Positions 37,515 through 49,564 of a DNA stretch of 64,000 bases are shown piece by piece. The first letter of the stretch is position 1; each line of letters starts with the position of its first letter. The position numbers were made by a program, and so were the translations under genes. Source of the stretch: Squalus acanthias (lineage: Eukaryota); assembly GCA_030390025.1 (NCBI GenBank), contig CM059432.1:127536001-127600000 (forward strand), in the 5' to 3' direction. A model generated the notes under the pieces. That model searched no databases. It worked only from the letters and a program-made list of their open reading frames with translations, and was not told the DNA's origin.

Positions 37515-38716
37515 GGACCGTATCTCCTCATCCTTCTTGACCTGTCTGCAGCCTTTGACATGGTTGATCACACCATCCTCCTCCAACACCTCTCCCCTGT
37601 CGTCCAGCTGGGTGGGACTGCCCTTGCCTGGTTCCATTCTTATCTATCCCATCATAGCCAGAGAATCATCTGCGATGGCTTCTTGTTCCTGCTCCTGCGC
37701 CATTACCTGGCCCCCTCCTTTTTCTCATCTACATGCTGCCCCTCGGCGATATCCGAAAACACAACGTTAGGTTCCACATGTACGCTGATGACACCCAGCT
37801 TTACCTCACCACTGCCTCTCGTGACCCCTCAACTGCCTCTGATATGTCACGCTGATTATCTGACGTCCAGTATTGGATGAGCTGAAATTTTCTCCAATTG
37901 ATTATTAGGAAGACCAAAGCTGTGTCTTCAGTCCCCACCACACAGCCACCTACTTCATCCTTCTCCCTGGCCACTGTCTGAGGTTGAACCAGACTGTTCA
38001 TAACCTTGCCATCCTATTTGACCCTGAGATGAGCTTCCCAACCCATATCCTCTCCATCACCAATATCGCCGACTTCCACATCCGTAAAATCCCCTGTCTC
38101 TGCCCCTGCCTCAGCTCATCTGCTGCTGAAACCTTCATCCATGTCTTTGTTGCCTCTAGACTCACTATTCCAATGCTCTCCTGGCCAGCCTCCTACCTTG
38201 CACCCATCGTAAACTTGAGCTCAACCTAAACTCTGCTGCCCACATTCTAACTCGCGCCAAGTCCCGGTCCCTTGGCCATCACCCCTGCGCTCGTTGACCT
38301 ACATTAGCTCCCGGTCTGGCAACGCCTCAGTTTTAAAATTCTCACCCTAGTTTTCAAATTCCTTCATGGCCTCGCCCCTCCCTATCTCTGTAACCTCCTG
38401 CAGCCCTACAACCCTCCGAGATATCTGCGTTCCTCCCATTCTAGCCTCTTGCGCACCCCCGATTTTCTTCACTCCACGATTGGTAGCTGTGCCTTCAGCT
38501 ACCTGGGCCCTTAGCTCTGGAATTCCCTCCCTAAACTACTCCAACTCTCTACCTCCCTCTCCTCCTTTAAGACGCTCCTTAAAGCTTACTTCTTTGACCA
38601 AGCTTTTTGTCATCTGTCCTAATATCTCCTTATGTGGCCTGGTATCAAATTTTGTTTGATCGCTCCTTGGCACGTTTTAAAGGGTGCTATATAAATGCAA
38701 GTTATTGTTGTTGTTA
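37515..38716 (+). mobile_element. L2-clade LINE 3' portion with tail
   Basis: tacgctgatgacacccag (YADDTQ). Ends ...tataaatgcaagttattgttgttgtt. Confidence 0.88.
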
Positions 38717-39382
38717 TCCAGTATGATAGCATGGAGCCCCCTGGTGGAAATACAAATTGGTACATCATCCCACATTTTGGTGTTAATGAATAGCAATGCC
38801 TCAGCACAGGAATGGATAATAAAAGAATTATCATGTAGTTTTATTCGCCAAGAGAAGATGATACGCAAATAACAAAAAAACTGGCCAATGAGACTATGTC
38901 TTGTGCAAGGCTTTGTCCTGCAAAGATTCTGATGAATAATGGAATACAGATGGTGGTTCCCGTGATATTACAAGAAGGTACATTTTCAATTCTGTGATTT
39001 GCACAGCACTGGGTATTAATTCTGGTAATATAAAAAAGAGGATGTATGCTAACATGGTTTCCCTTTTTAATTTGTTTTTAGTCACGTTTCCCTTTATTTT
39101 ATGTCCCCATTATGCCACACACCAGGGAAGTGGGCCAGTGTACAGATCCTAATTTGGCAACAATGTTCTGTACCCACAGGTACACAGAGTTGCTGGAGTG
39201 GCCTGCCCTCCAATTTTCCCTACCCTTCCTCCTCGTCTTCTCTAAATCTCAGTTTGAAATTAGTATGGGTTCCCTACATTTCTGGTAAATTTCCTTCAGC
39301 TGAAAAGTAAGGGCCTTTGTTTGACCACAAGATATAACAATCTCAAGACAATATTAACACTGTTCACATTGTGCCCTCACAG

Positions 39383-39483
39383 CCACACATTCCTGCTGAT
39401 GTTGTACCTCAGGAGATATATTTGAATGAGGATTCACTATTCCAGATGGAATTTGTCCAATGCTGAAAACCCATAAAATAGAG
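39383..39483 (+). pseudogene. Disabled ferlin exon (PHIPADVVPQEIY / FTIPDGICPMLKTHKIE)
   Basis: Acceptor ctcacag, donor GTGACT. The two homologous halves lie in different frames (101 nt). The 5' frame hits TGA; the 3' frame has TGA at 39427-39429. Confidence 0.8.
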
Positions 39484-40239
39484 GTGACTTTATAGCTGTA
39501 CTGTGTTGAGAATACATGTCAGATCTTACCTATTTTATGCTCGATTGAATTTCACACACATAGATTTCAGAATTTCATGCTGAACTTCTGATTATGAAAA
39601 GAACCATTAAAGGGACACTGGCTTCATAAAAAGTATCTGGCAAATCTTTTTTTCATTTGGGGGAGAAGAAGAGCTAGAATATCTGTGGGTGTCCATTGTA
39701 ATGTGATGCACTGATGTCCTTTAACACAATTATGCTTGAAATCAAACAGTAAAGGATTTGCCAAAGACTCCTCCCGAAAGTGGTGAGACTGCTTCATGAG
39801 TGCCTGTCTGTCTCCAGTACCTCAAGTGCCCATTCTTCATTTGTAAACCAAGACAGTAAAGATATTGGCTTCCTTGGATCATTCCTACCACTCCTTATAT
39901 TCCAGAGTTTGAAATAGTGACTCTCAAACAGTGAGTCTATAACATCTGCCTTTGTACTATCATTGCTCTCGGCTGGGAGCCAGCGCTGACATATTCCTTT
40001 ATTCCTGTCTGTAAAGTAAGTTTTTTTTTAAACTTTTTAATTTTAAATTTTTTAAATATTTTTTGGTAAATCAGCCAAGAGAAATTATACTTCAGTCTAA
40101 GATGTTCCACTCAACAGCCAGTGAGAATTCAGCGCATACTCGTAGATAAGGACGCTGGTGCGATTTTAACCCCATTCCCGTCGGGCACGGGGTGGGGCAG
40201 GTTACGATCAGGGCTTATGTCTGTCGAATCTGATCGGTT

Positions 40240-41530
40240 GACTTTGCCTTCTGCATCAGAGCTTCTGAAATGTTCTGCTTTTTCCTCAGCTAGGGATCCC
40301 CCTCCATAGTCACTGTGCCATTTCCTGTGCTGCTGCTCTTGCCCCCCCTCCTCCTCCTCCTCCTCCCAGAATCATTACAGGATCCTTCTTGTCTTCAATT
40401 TGCACCTCACCAACTTCCACATTCGCTAAATCATCTTCCACCATTTTGGACACTTAACAATATCCTCCCACCACCAAACTTACCTTCCTCTCCCCTTCCC
40501 TCTTCAGTTTCCAGAGGGATCATTTCCTCTGTGACGCTCTGATTCACTCTTCCACTGTCCCAACTTCCAGCTACTATCTCTTAGCGCCTTCCTGTGCAAC
40601 CGCAGGAGATAGAACACCTCCCCTTATACCACTGTTCAAGTCCTAAAGGTATGAGACAGCAATTTATGTGTACTTCCTCTGATCTTGTATGCTGTATTCG
40701 TTGCTCAGTCTCCTCTACATTGGGGAGACCAAACGCAGATGAGGTGACCATTTTGCCAACACCTTGGTTCTGCGACCCTAAGTTTGCCACTTTAATTCCT
40801 CCTCCCATTCCCACTCTGACCTCTCTGTGTTTGACCTTCTAAACTGTTCCAAGGAAGCTCAACCCAACTCCATGAATAGCAGCTTATCTTTCTCTTGGGC
40901 ATTCTGCAGCCCTCTGGCATGAACACTGCCTTTAGTAACTTTTGACCTTCACTATATCCTTTGTTTTCTTCATAGCAGCGGATGCTGGTGATGTATGGTG
41001 GGCCTGTCGGTATCCAGCAGGACAGAAGGCGAGTTGACCTTTGGGGTAGAGTCCCTCCCAATGTTGGTGGGGGAGTCTGCATCCTTGCCATTGGCCTGCC
41101 TTATTCTCTTTACAGGATTGCCAGACTCACTATCTTTTGCCAGTATTTTCTGTTTTAATTTCAGGCCTGGTCTATGGGCTTTCTGTGTTTTCAATGTCAA
41201 CCCATCTTCTTGCCTTTTCCTTGTGTGTGCCTCCCACTACCTTGGCAATTCACACATTCACATTTCAATACTTCTTTCCATTAGCTACCATGAAGATGAT
41301 ATCAGTCATCAATCCATCTCCTATTTTTCTTTTCAGCAGGTCGCTGGCCATTCCACCAATACTACCTCTCATGGTTTTCCCCCTCTCCCTCCCTTTTGTT
41401 CCGATTCTCTGAAGAATGGCCTAGCCTGGAATGTTAACTCGTCTCTTTCCACAGATGCTGACCAACCTGCTGCATGTTTCCAGCATTTTCTGTTTTTGGT
41501 TCCGATTTATAGCATTTGCAATTTTATTTC
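40240..41530 (+). mobile_element. Old Penelope-like element of a second family
   Basis: Degenerate GIY-YIG end (QLIFLLGILQPSGMN at about 40880-40925) and a pLTR-like tail ctgaaga...gttaactc...ccacagatgctg...tttccagcattttctg. Confidence 0.65.
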
Positions 41531-41705
41531 ATTTACCGCAGAATACCACTAATGCCCGAACAACATCTGCTCAGATTCAGAACCCGTGGTAAACGTTTAA
41601 AATATAAATACTGTTAGCCCCTATAATAGAAATCACTGGAGAAGCTATGGATGAGTTAAATAAAATTGCACTCTGATGTACTTGGCTTAAATATTTACCT
41701 TGCAG

Positions 41706-41861
41706 GCCTTATTCTGGGGACTGCGAGACCTGAAAAAAATTGGGTTCTCAACAGATCAACTACAGGTAAAAGTGGAATGTGCTGGACAGAAACTGGAGTC
41801 ACGTATTGTCAGCTACAAGCAAAAGCCCAATTTTCAAAGAATGGTGAATTCTTTTAAAGTG
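41706..41861 (+). CDS. Ferlin exon, C2 domain after C2D (ALFWGLRDLKKIGFSTDQLQVKVECAGQKLESRIVSYKQKPNFQRMVNSFKV)
   Basis: Acceptor ccttgcag, donor GTAAGT, 156 nt in frame. LFWGLR, ECAG and Y...PNF are type-II ferlin motifs. Confidence 0.95.
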
Positions 41862-42875
41862 GTAAGTAACTTGTTACACTTGTTTTATTATTCCTGATGC
41901 CACTTGTCTGCAGTTAATTTATAATATAATCATGTACTAAATAATGACAAAAAGCAGCTATATAGCAGGGTTGCTTTGTATTCCTGTGTGAAACATAGAA
42001 ACAAGAGCAGGCCATTCAGCCCCCTCGAGGCCATTCTACTTCTTTAATAAATGGTGGCGCACCAGTCACTACTGAAGCTGTGACCCAAAATTGGATCACG
42101 CACGATCCCAGTGCTGTGCACGCTCCCTGTGCCTGAAGAGGCCGGTGGCAGGACCAAGGGAAATTGGTTCACCGGCTTCATTACTTTATTACCAGCGAGC
42201 TCCAGGCACCAGTTGCAGCCCCAGAGGCAGCTCACAGGTCTCGAGAAGCGCCAAGCTCGGTCAGCTCGGACGATGGCCAATTTCGTACGGAGAGTCCGAG
42301 GAGGCGGTAATCCTGCTTCTCCCGGCTCCACAATAAAGTAAGTAAAAAAAAAATTAAAAATTACCTTTCCTGGTGGCAGCCTCCAGGGGTATCTTTAAGG
42401 ACCACTGGTCTGGCTGCCAAGCGCCTGAAACTCGTGAGACAGCTCGTGCTGCAGTCATGCACAATCTAATTTTGTGTAGAGGGTCTCAAATAGGCGTCAG
42501 GCCCCCCTATTTACATATACAAAGGGGCTAAGGCCTGTTTCGGGCACGCGCCCTGGACGGCTATGGAGGAGCCTTTACCAATATGGCAGGCGGCGCACTG
42601 CCACCACACAATGCACGCGCCACCACCATATTGGGCCCTTGGGAACCCGTTTGCTACCTGTAACACTGGCATGGCAGAATCCAATTTCTATGTCCATCTT
42701 CCAAATCCTTGTATCCTTCTCTGGTGTACGAGATACAAAAAGTAATCAGAGAAAGCACAATCACATCTATCACAAAGATATGTCAGTGTGACCAATACTT
42801 GCAAGCAGATTTGTTTATTGCATCAAAATTGAGATCCAGACTGCATTCAGGAAACAGTACAACTGTCTGCAATAG

Positions 42876-43710
42876 GGTAGCTATTCACAGTGGCAGAAGG
42901 TGGGTAGTGGTGTTCCACAAGGATCAGTGCTGGGACCACTGCTGTTCACAATTTTTATTAACGATTTAGACTTTGGAATCAAAAACACAATTTCTAAATT
43001 TGCGGATGACACCAAATTGGGGGGGATAGTCAATACTGAAGAGGACTGCAACAAATTACAGGAGGACATTAATAAACTTGCAGAATGGGCATATAATTGG
43101 CAAATGAAGTTCAACACAACAACAACTTGTATTTATATAGCGCCTTTAACGTAGTAAAACATCCCAAGGCGCTGCATAGGAGTATTTTAAGACAAAAAAT
43201 TTGACACCAAGCCACATAAGGCAGGTGAAAGAGGTAGGTTTTAAGGAGTGTCTTAAAGGAGAAAAGAGAGGCGGCGAGGTTTAGGCAGGGAATTCCCGAG
43301 CTTAGGGCCTAGGCAACAGAAGGCACAGCCACCAAAGGTTGAGCGATTATAATCAGGGATGCTCAAGAGATAAATGTGAGGTATTACATTTTGGTAGGAA
43401 GAATAGGGGGGCTCACTTATTACTTGGAGGGTGCGAGTCTACGCGGGGTAGAGAACAAAGGGATCTCAGAGTACAAACACACAAATCACTAAAAGTTGCG
43501 GCACAGGTTAGCAAGGCCATAAAAAAAAGCAAACCAAGTACAGTACTAGGGTTTATTTCTAGAGGGATAGAATTGAAAAGTAGGGAAGTTATGCTAAATC
43601 TGTATCGAACCTTGGTTAGACCACACTTAGAGTACTGCGTACAGTTCTGGTCACCATATTATAAAAAGGATATAGAGGCACCGGAGAGGGTGCAGAGAAA
43701 ATTTACAAGG
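42876..43710 (+). mobile_element. CR1 (family A) RT fragment interrupted by an antisense L2 3' end (about 43118-43367)
   Basis: [10 protein letters not shown] and FADD motifs, near-identical to 8040-8299 plus 9043-9282. The insert begins acaacaacttgtatttatatagcgcc. Confidence 0.9.
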
Positions 43711-44411
43711 ACTTGCCTTTGTTGGACAAGTTATGATGTCATCATCTTTCAGGTCTGATCCAGATCTTCGAATCTGATCAAGTAAAACTGTGACTGGATG
43801 TTTATGATAACTGCAGTGAGGAGTGCCATAAAGAACAGTCTGTAAAAGTATAGTGCAACATTAATCCCATCACCAGCCTCCGTGTTTAATGAAAATTCTC
43901 TATGACACTAGATTCTGGCTGTATGAAAGCTGTTTTTAAGCTTGCTTTTCTTAAACAAGCAACAAAATTCAAAGGAAAAAGAATTTTTTTTTACTGCTAG
44001 CCCAAATGATAGTGAAGTCAAATTCAGAGGTTGCCTTTAATTAAAGAACGTCAGTCTCAGTTGAAATAATTTTTTTCTCAGTTGGCCTAATAATTGTTAT
44101 TCCACATGAATGTGAACTATTACATGTGGAAGGAGGTACAGGGACAGGGACATGCCCTTGTTACACTAGGATTTTCACCTGTACTCGCATGAATTTGATG
44201 TGAAAATCCTAATCTGGAGCAGCAGAATCACACTCCAGTTTGGCTGCCCCACATTGTAAAGCCCCCCTATTAATTTGCCACTGTGAGCTTCACACCTCCA
44301 TCTTCCCACACCCCTGACATGCGTCAGTAGGTAGGCCTCAGTGCGTACAGCTTAGTGAAGCACAAGCTTTTCCAGGTTCTCCCAAATCTCCGAGAGTTGT
44401 ATCATTGTGTC

Positions 44412-44762
44412 TAGAAAGAAAGAACTTACATTTATATAAACGCCTTGCATAACCTCAGGCCATCCCAAAGTACTTTGCAGACAATGAACTACTATTGAAG
44501 TGTAGTCACGGTTGTATTTTAGGGAAACGTGGCAGCCAATTTGCGCACAACAAGGTCCCACAAAGAGCAATGAGATAACGACCAACATTTTTTAGTGATT
44601 TTGGTTGAGGGATAAATATTAGCCAGGACACCGGGGAGAACTCCCTGCTCTTCTTCGAATAGGGTGATGAGATCTTTTACGTCCCCGAGAGGGCAGATGG
44701 GGCCTCGGTTTAACATCTCATTGGCACCTCTGACAGTACTGCACTGAAGTGTCAGCCTAGAC
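44412..44762 (-). mobile_element. Deu-domain-type SINE with L2-like tail; related + copy at about 52235-52580
   Basis: Tail aagaacttacatttatataaacgcc and core ggcagccaatttgcgcaca. Family assignment is from memory. Confidence 0.65.
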
Positions 44763-45448
44763 TGTCTACATGTTTGTTGAGGTGCAATGGCACAGTTTCA
44801 GAAGAAACCAAAAGAACATTGATTACCAATTGGTACAACGTGACTGGAGAGAGAGAGAGAGACAGGATTGATAATTAACACCTCACATATCCTGGCACCA
44901 TTAATACAATCAGCTCTCAATTCATAAAGATTTTCAAAATATTCTAAGATGCAATTTTTTACAACTTCTCTGTAAAAGGACCTTTTCAGAATTTGTTTGC
45001 AACTTCAGGAACTATACCTGAGCACATCTTTGAAGGCTGTGTGAACTTGAACCGCACCTGGTTCTTAACATTCCAATTGTGTTTCCCACTGACTGGTGAC
45101 AGAGTAATAACTACATTCCAGTTCCAAAGTGGATTGATTGCTGATTTATGAGTGACACTTGAGTGATTTTTGAGGTATTGCAACTATTATTAGAATTCTT
45201 GTATGCTTTCCTTTCTCCCCTCGGTCTTTGTTGCAAGACCGACTGAAGACAACAAAGATTTCTTTGTATTAATACCAGTCAATTGATAATTGACACCAAT
45301 CACAGTCTAGACCAGGCAACTGGCTGTCTAATAGTGAGTGGCTGATGAGAAGCCGAACATGATCAGAACAAAAGTGAGTATGGAAGTGTTGTTGAACTGG
45401 AGCTGCTTTACTTGGCTCACAGAAGGTTGTGGAGATGTAACCTTCTAG

Positions 45449-45537
45449 GTAATAGCACAAAATTAGAAGAGCCGGTGCCAACACCAACACAGGTTCATAC
45501 AAGTAAGGAGCCCATGCATTATGCAAACCATTACAAA
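45449..45537 (+). CDS. Possible ferlin linker exon (NSTKLEEPVPTPTQVHTSKEPMHYANHYK)
   Basis: cttctag acceptor, GTGAGT donor, open frame, phase-compatible with the exon at 45692. Homology is weak. Confidence 0.3.
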
Positions 45538-45691
45538 GTGAGTAGGGCAGCAAGGCAAGAGTCGAAATTACATAAATTACCACATAGTTGCTGGGAGCTA
45601 TTACAGTCGATGCATGTTTAGTTACTTATCACACATATAAGTAAGGAAAAATGCCAGTGCTGGTATTAAAGATCATGTTGTGTTTCTTTAG

Positions 45692-45740
45692 TTGTTTGAT
45701 GATCAGGAACAGACTGAATGGGATACAAACAATTCAACAG
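45692..45740 (+). CDS. Possible ferlin acidic linker exon (LFDDQEQTEWDTNNST)
   Basis: tttctttag acceptor, consensus CAG|GTAAGT donor, 49 nt (phase 0 to 1). Acidic, like the FER1L4 linker. Confidence 0.45.
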
Positions 45741-45902
45741 GTAAGTCTTGGATTATTCTATGCATTCCCTTACCGAGGTGGTTTTATGGTTTGCATCTCT
45801 TTCCACGAAAGCTTTGTAATTGGTACATTTAATATTTTTAACAGTTCCACACATTAAAGTAGACCGTGGCTCCGATACTTACTTGGAGCCGGGAAGGGAC
45901 CT

Positions 45903-48900
45903 GGGGGGGGCAGTCGGAGATGGCGGGGGGGGGGGGGGGGGGGGGGCAGTCGGAGATGGCGGGGGGGGCAGTCGGAGATGGGGGGGGGGGGGCAGTCGGA
46001 GATGGGGGGGGTGGGGCAGTCGGAGATGGGGGGGGGGCAGTCGGAGATGGGGGGGCAGTCGGAGATGGGGGGGGCAGTCGGAGATGGGGGGGGTGGGGCA
46101 GTCGGAGATGGGGGGGGGGTGGGGCAGTCGGAGATGGGAGGGGGTGGGGCAGTCGGAGATGGGGGGGGTGGGGCAGTCGGAGATGGGGGGGGGGGGTGGT
46201 GGGGCAGTCGGAGATGGGGGGGCAGTCGGAGATGGCGGGGGGGGCAGTCGGAGATCGCGGGGGGGGGGCAGTCGGAGATCGCGGGGGGGTGGGGCAGTCG
46301 GAGATGGCGGGGGGGGCAGTTAGAGATCGCGGGGGGGGGGGTGGGGCAGTCGGAGATGGCGGGGCGGGGGGGTGGGGCAGTCGGAGATGGCGGGGCGGGG
46401 GGGTGGGGCAGTCGGAGATGGCGGGGGGGGTGGGGCAGTCGGAGATGGCGGGGGGGGGTGGGGCAGTCGGAGATGGCGGGGGGGGTGGGGCAGTCGGAGA
46501 TGGCGGGGGGGGGGGTGGGGCAGTCGGAGATCGCGGGGGGGGTGGGGCAGTCGGAGATCGCGGGGGGGGGCAGTTAGAGATCGCGGGGGGGGGTGGGGCA
46601 GTCGGAGATGGCGGGGCGGGGGGGTGGGGCAGTCGGAGATGGCGGGGGGGTGGGGCAGTCGGAGATGGCGGGGGGGGGGGTGGGGCAGTCGGAGATGGGG
46701 GGGGTGGGGCAGTCGGAGATGGGGGGGGTGGGGCAGTCGGAGATGGCGGGGGGGGTGGGGCAGTCGGAGATGGCGGGGGGGGGGGGGCGCAGTCGGAGAT
46801 GGCGGGGGGGGGGGTGTGGGGCAGTCGGAGATGGCGGGGGGGGGGGTGTGGGGCAGTCGGAGATGGCGGGGGGGGGTGGGGCAGTCGGAGATGGCGGGGG
46901 GGGGTGGGGCAGTCGGAGATGGCGGGGGGGGGTGGGGCAGTCGGAGATCGCGGGGGGTGGGGCAGTCGGAGATGGCGGGGGGGGGTGGGGCAGTCGGAGA
47001 TGGCGGGGGGGGGTGGGGCAGTCGGAGATGGCGGGGGGGGGTGGGGCAGTCGGAGATGCCGGGGGGGTTGGGGCAGTCGGAGATGGCGGGGGGGGGTGGG
47101 GCAGTCGGAGATGGCGGGGGGGGGGGCAGTCGGAGATGGCGGGGGGGGGGTGGGGCAGTCGGAGATCGCAGGGGGTGGGGCAGTCGGAGATGGCGGGGGG
47201 GGGGCAGTCGGAGATGGCGGGGAGGGGGTGGGGCAGTCGGAGATGGCGGGGGGGGTGGGGCAGTCGGAGATGGCGGGGGGGGGTGGGGCAGTCGGAGATG
47301 GCGGGGGGGGTGGGGCAGTCGGAGATGGGGGGGGGGGGGGGCAGTCGGAGATGGGGGGGGTGGGGCAGTCGGAGATCGCGGGGGGGGAGCAGTCGGAGAT
47401 GGGGGGGGGGGGCAGTCGGAGATGGGGGGGGGCAGTCGGAGATCGCGGGGGGGGGGTAGTCGGAGATGGGGGGGGCAGTCGGAGATGGCGGGCGGGGGGG
47501 GGGGCAGTCGGAGATGGCGGGGGGGGGTGGGGCAGTCGGAGATGGCGGGGGGGGGGTGGGGCAGTCAGAGATGGCGGGGGGGGGGTGGGGCAGTCGGAGA
47601 TGGCGGGGGGGGGCAGTCGGAGATGGCGGGGGGGGTGGGGCAGTCGGAGATGGCGGGGGGGGGTGGGGCAGTCGGAGATGGCGGGGGGTGGGGGTGGGGC
47701 AGTCGGAGATGGGGGGGGTGGGGCAGTCGGAGATGGGGGGGGTGGGGCAGTCGGAGATGGGGGGGGTGTGGCAGTCGGAGATCGCGGGGGGGGGGAGCAG
47801 TCGGAGATGGGGGGGGGCAGTCGGAGATGGGGGGGGCGGCAGTCGGAGATCGCGGGGGGGGTGGGGCAGTCGGATATCGCGGGGGGGGTAGTCGGAGATG
47901 GGGGGGGGGGGCAGTCGGAGATGGCGGGGGGGGGGGTGGGGCAGTCGGAGATGGCGGGGGGGGGGTGGGGCAGTCGGAGATGGCGGGGGGGGGCAGTCGG
48001 AGATGGCGGGGGGGGGCAGTCGGAGATCGCGGGGGGTGGGCAGTCAGAGATCGCGGGGGGGGGGGGTGGGGCAGTCGGAGATGGCGGGGGGGGGGGGCAG
48101 TCGGAGATCGCGGGGGGGGGGCAGTCGGAGATCGCGGGGGGGGTGGGGCAGTCGGAGATCGCAGGGGGGGGTGGGGCAGTCGGAGATGGCGGGGGGGGGT
48201 GGGGCAGTCGGAGATCGCGGGGGGGTGGGGCAGTCGGAGATCGCGGGGGGGGCAGTCGGAGATCGCGGGGGGGGGGCAGTCAGAGATCGCGGGGGGGGTG
48301 GGGCAGTCGGAGATGGCGGGGCCTGGGGGTGGGGCAGTCGGAGATGGCGGGGGGGGGGTGGGGCAGTCGGAGATGGCGGGGGGGGTGGGGCAGTCGGAGA
48401 TGGCGGGGGGGGGTGGGGCAGTCGGAGATGGGGGGGGGTGGGGCAGTCGGAGATGGGGGGGGTGGGGCCGTCGGAGATCGCGGGGGGGGGAGCAGTCGGA
48501 GATGGGGGGGGGGCAGTCGGAGATGGGGGGGGGGCAGTCGGAGATCGCGGGGGGGGTAGTCGGAGATGGGGGGGGCAGTCGGAGATGGCGGGCGGGGGGG
48601 GGGGCAGTCGGAGATGGCGGGGGGGGGTGGGGCAGTCGGAGATGGCGGGGGGGGGGGTGGGGCAGTCGGAGATGGCGGGGGGGGGTGGGGCAGTCGGAGA
48701 TGGCAGGGGGGGGCAGTCGGAGATGGCGGGGGGGGGTGGGGCAGTCGGAGATGGCGGGGGGGGTGGGGCAGTCGGAGATAGCGGGGGGTGGGGGTGGGGC
48801 AGTCGGAGATGGGGGGGGGTGGGGCAGTCGGAGATGGGGGGGGTGGGGCAGTCGGAGATGGGGGGGGGGCAGTCGGAGATGGGGGGGGCGGCAGTCGGAG

Positions 48901-49564
48901 ATCGCGGGGGGGGTGGGGCAGTCGGAGATCGCGGGGGGGGTAGTCGGAGATGGGGGGGGGGGGGGTGGGGCAGTCGGAGATGGCGGGGGGGGGGGTGGGG
49001 CAGTCGGAGATGGCGGGGGGGGGGGCAGTCGGAGATGGCGGGGGGGGGCAGTCGGAGATCGCGGGGGGTGGGCAGTCAGAGATCGCGGGGAGGGGGTGGG
49101 GCAGTCGGAGATGGCGGGGGGGGGGCAGTCGGAGATCGCGGGGGGGGGGCAGTCGGAGATCGCGGGGGGGGTGGGGCAGTCGGAGATCGCAGGGGGGGGT
49201 GGGGCAGTCGGAGATGGCGGGGGGGGGTGGGGCAGTCGGAGATCGCGGGGGGGGTGGGGCAGTCGGAGATCGCGGGGGGGGGCAGTCGGAGATCGCGGGG
49301 GGGGCAGTCAGAGATCGCGGGGGGGTGGGGCAGTCGGAGATCGCCAGGGGGGGGTGGGGCAGTCGGAGATGGCGGGGGGGGGTGGGGCAGTCGGAGATCG
49401 CGGGGGGGGTGGGGCAGTCGGAGATCGCGGGGGGGGCAGTCGGAGATCGCGGGGGGGGGCAGTCAGAGATCGCGGGGGGGGTGGGGCAGTCGGAGATGGC
49501 GGGGCCTGGGGGTGGGGCAGTCGGAGATGGCGGGGGGGGAGGTGGGGCAGTCGGAGATGGCGGG
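45903..49564. repeat. G-rich minisatellite, unit GGCAGTCGGAGAT(G/C)GC(G)nTGG
   Basis: Directly visible tandem array of about 3.7 kb, followed by MITE-like sequence ending ggggttaaaatttcccc near 49945. Confidence 0.98.

Noticed and set aside
39300..39306. Possible micro-exon ttccttcag|CTGAAAA|gtaagg
   Set aside because: Only 7 nt, not frame-preserving, and no supportable homology.
34577..49564. The two arrays as CRISPR-like or telomeric repeats
   Set aside because: There are no unique spacers, only G-runs, and no cas genes in a eukaryotic context. TAGGG is not tandem TTAGGG.
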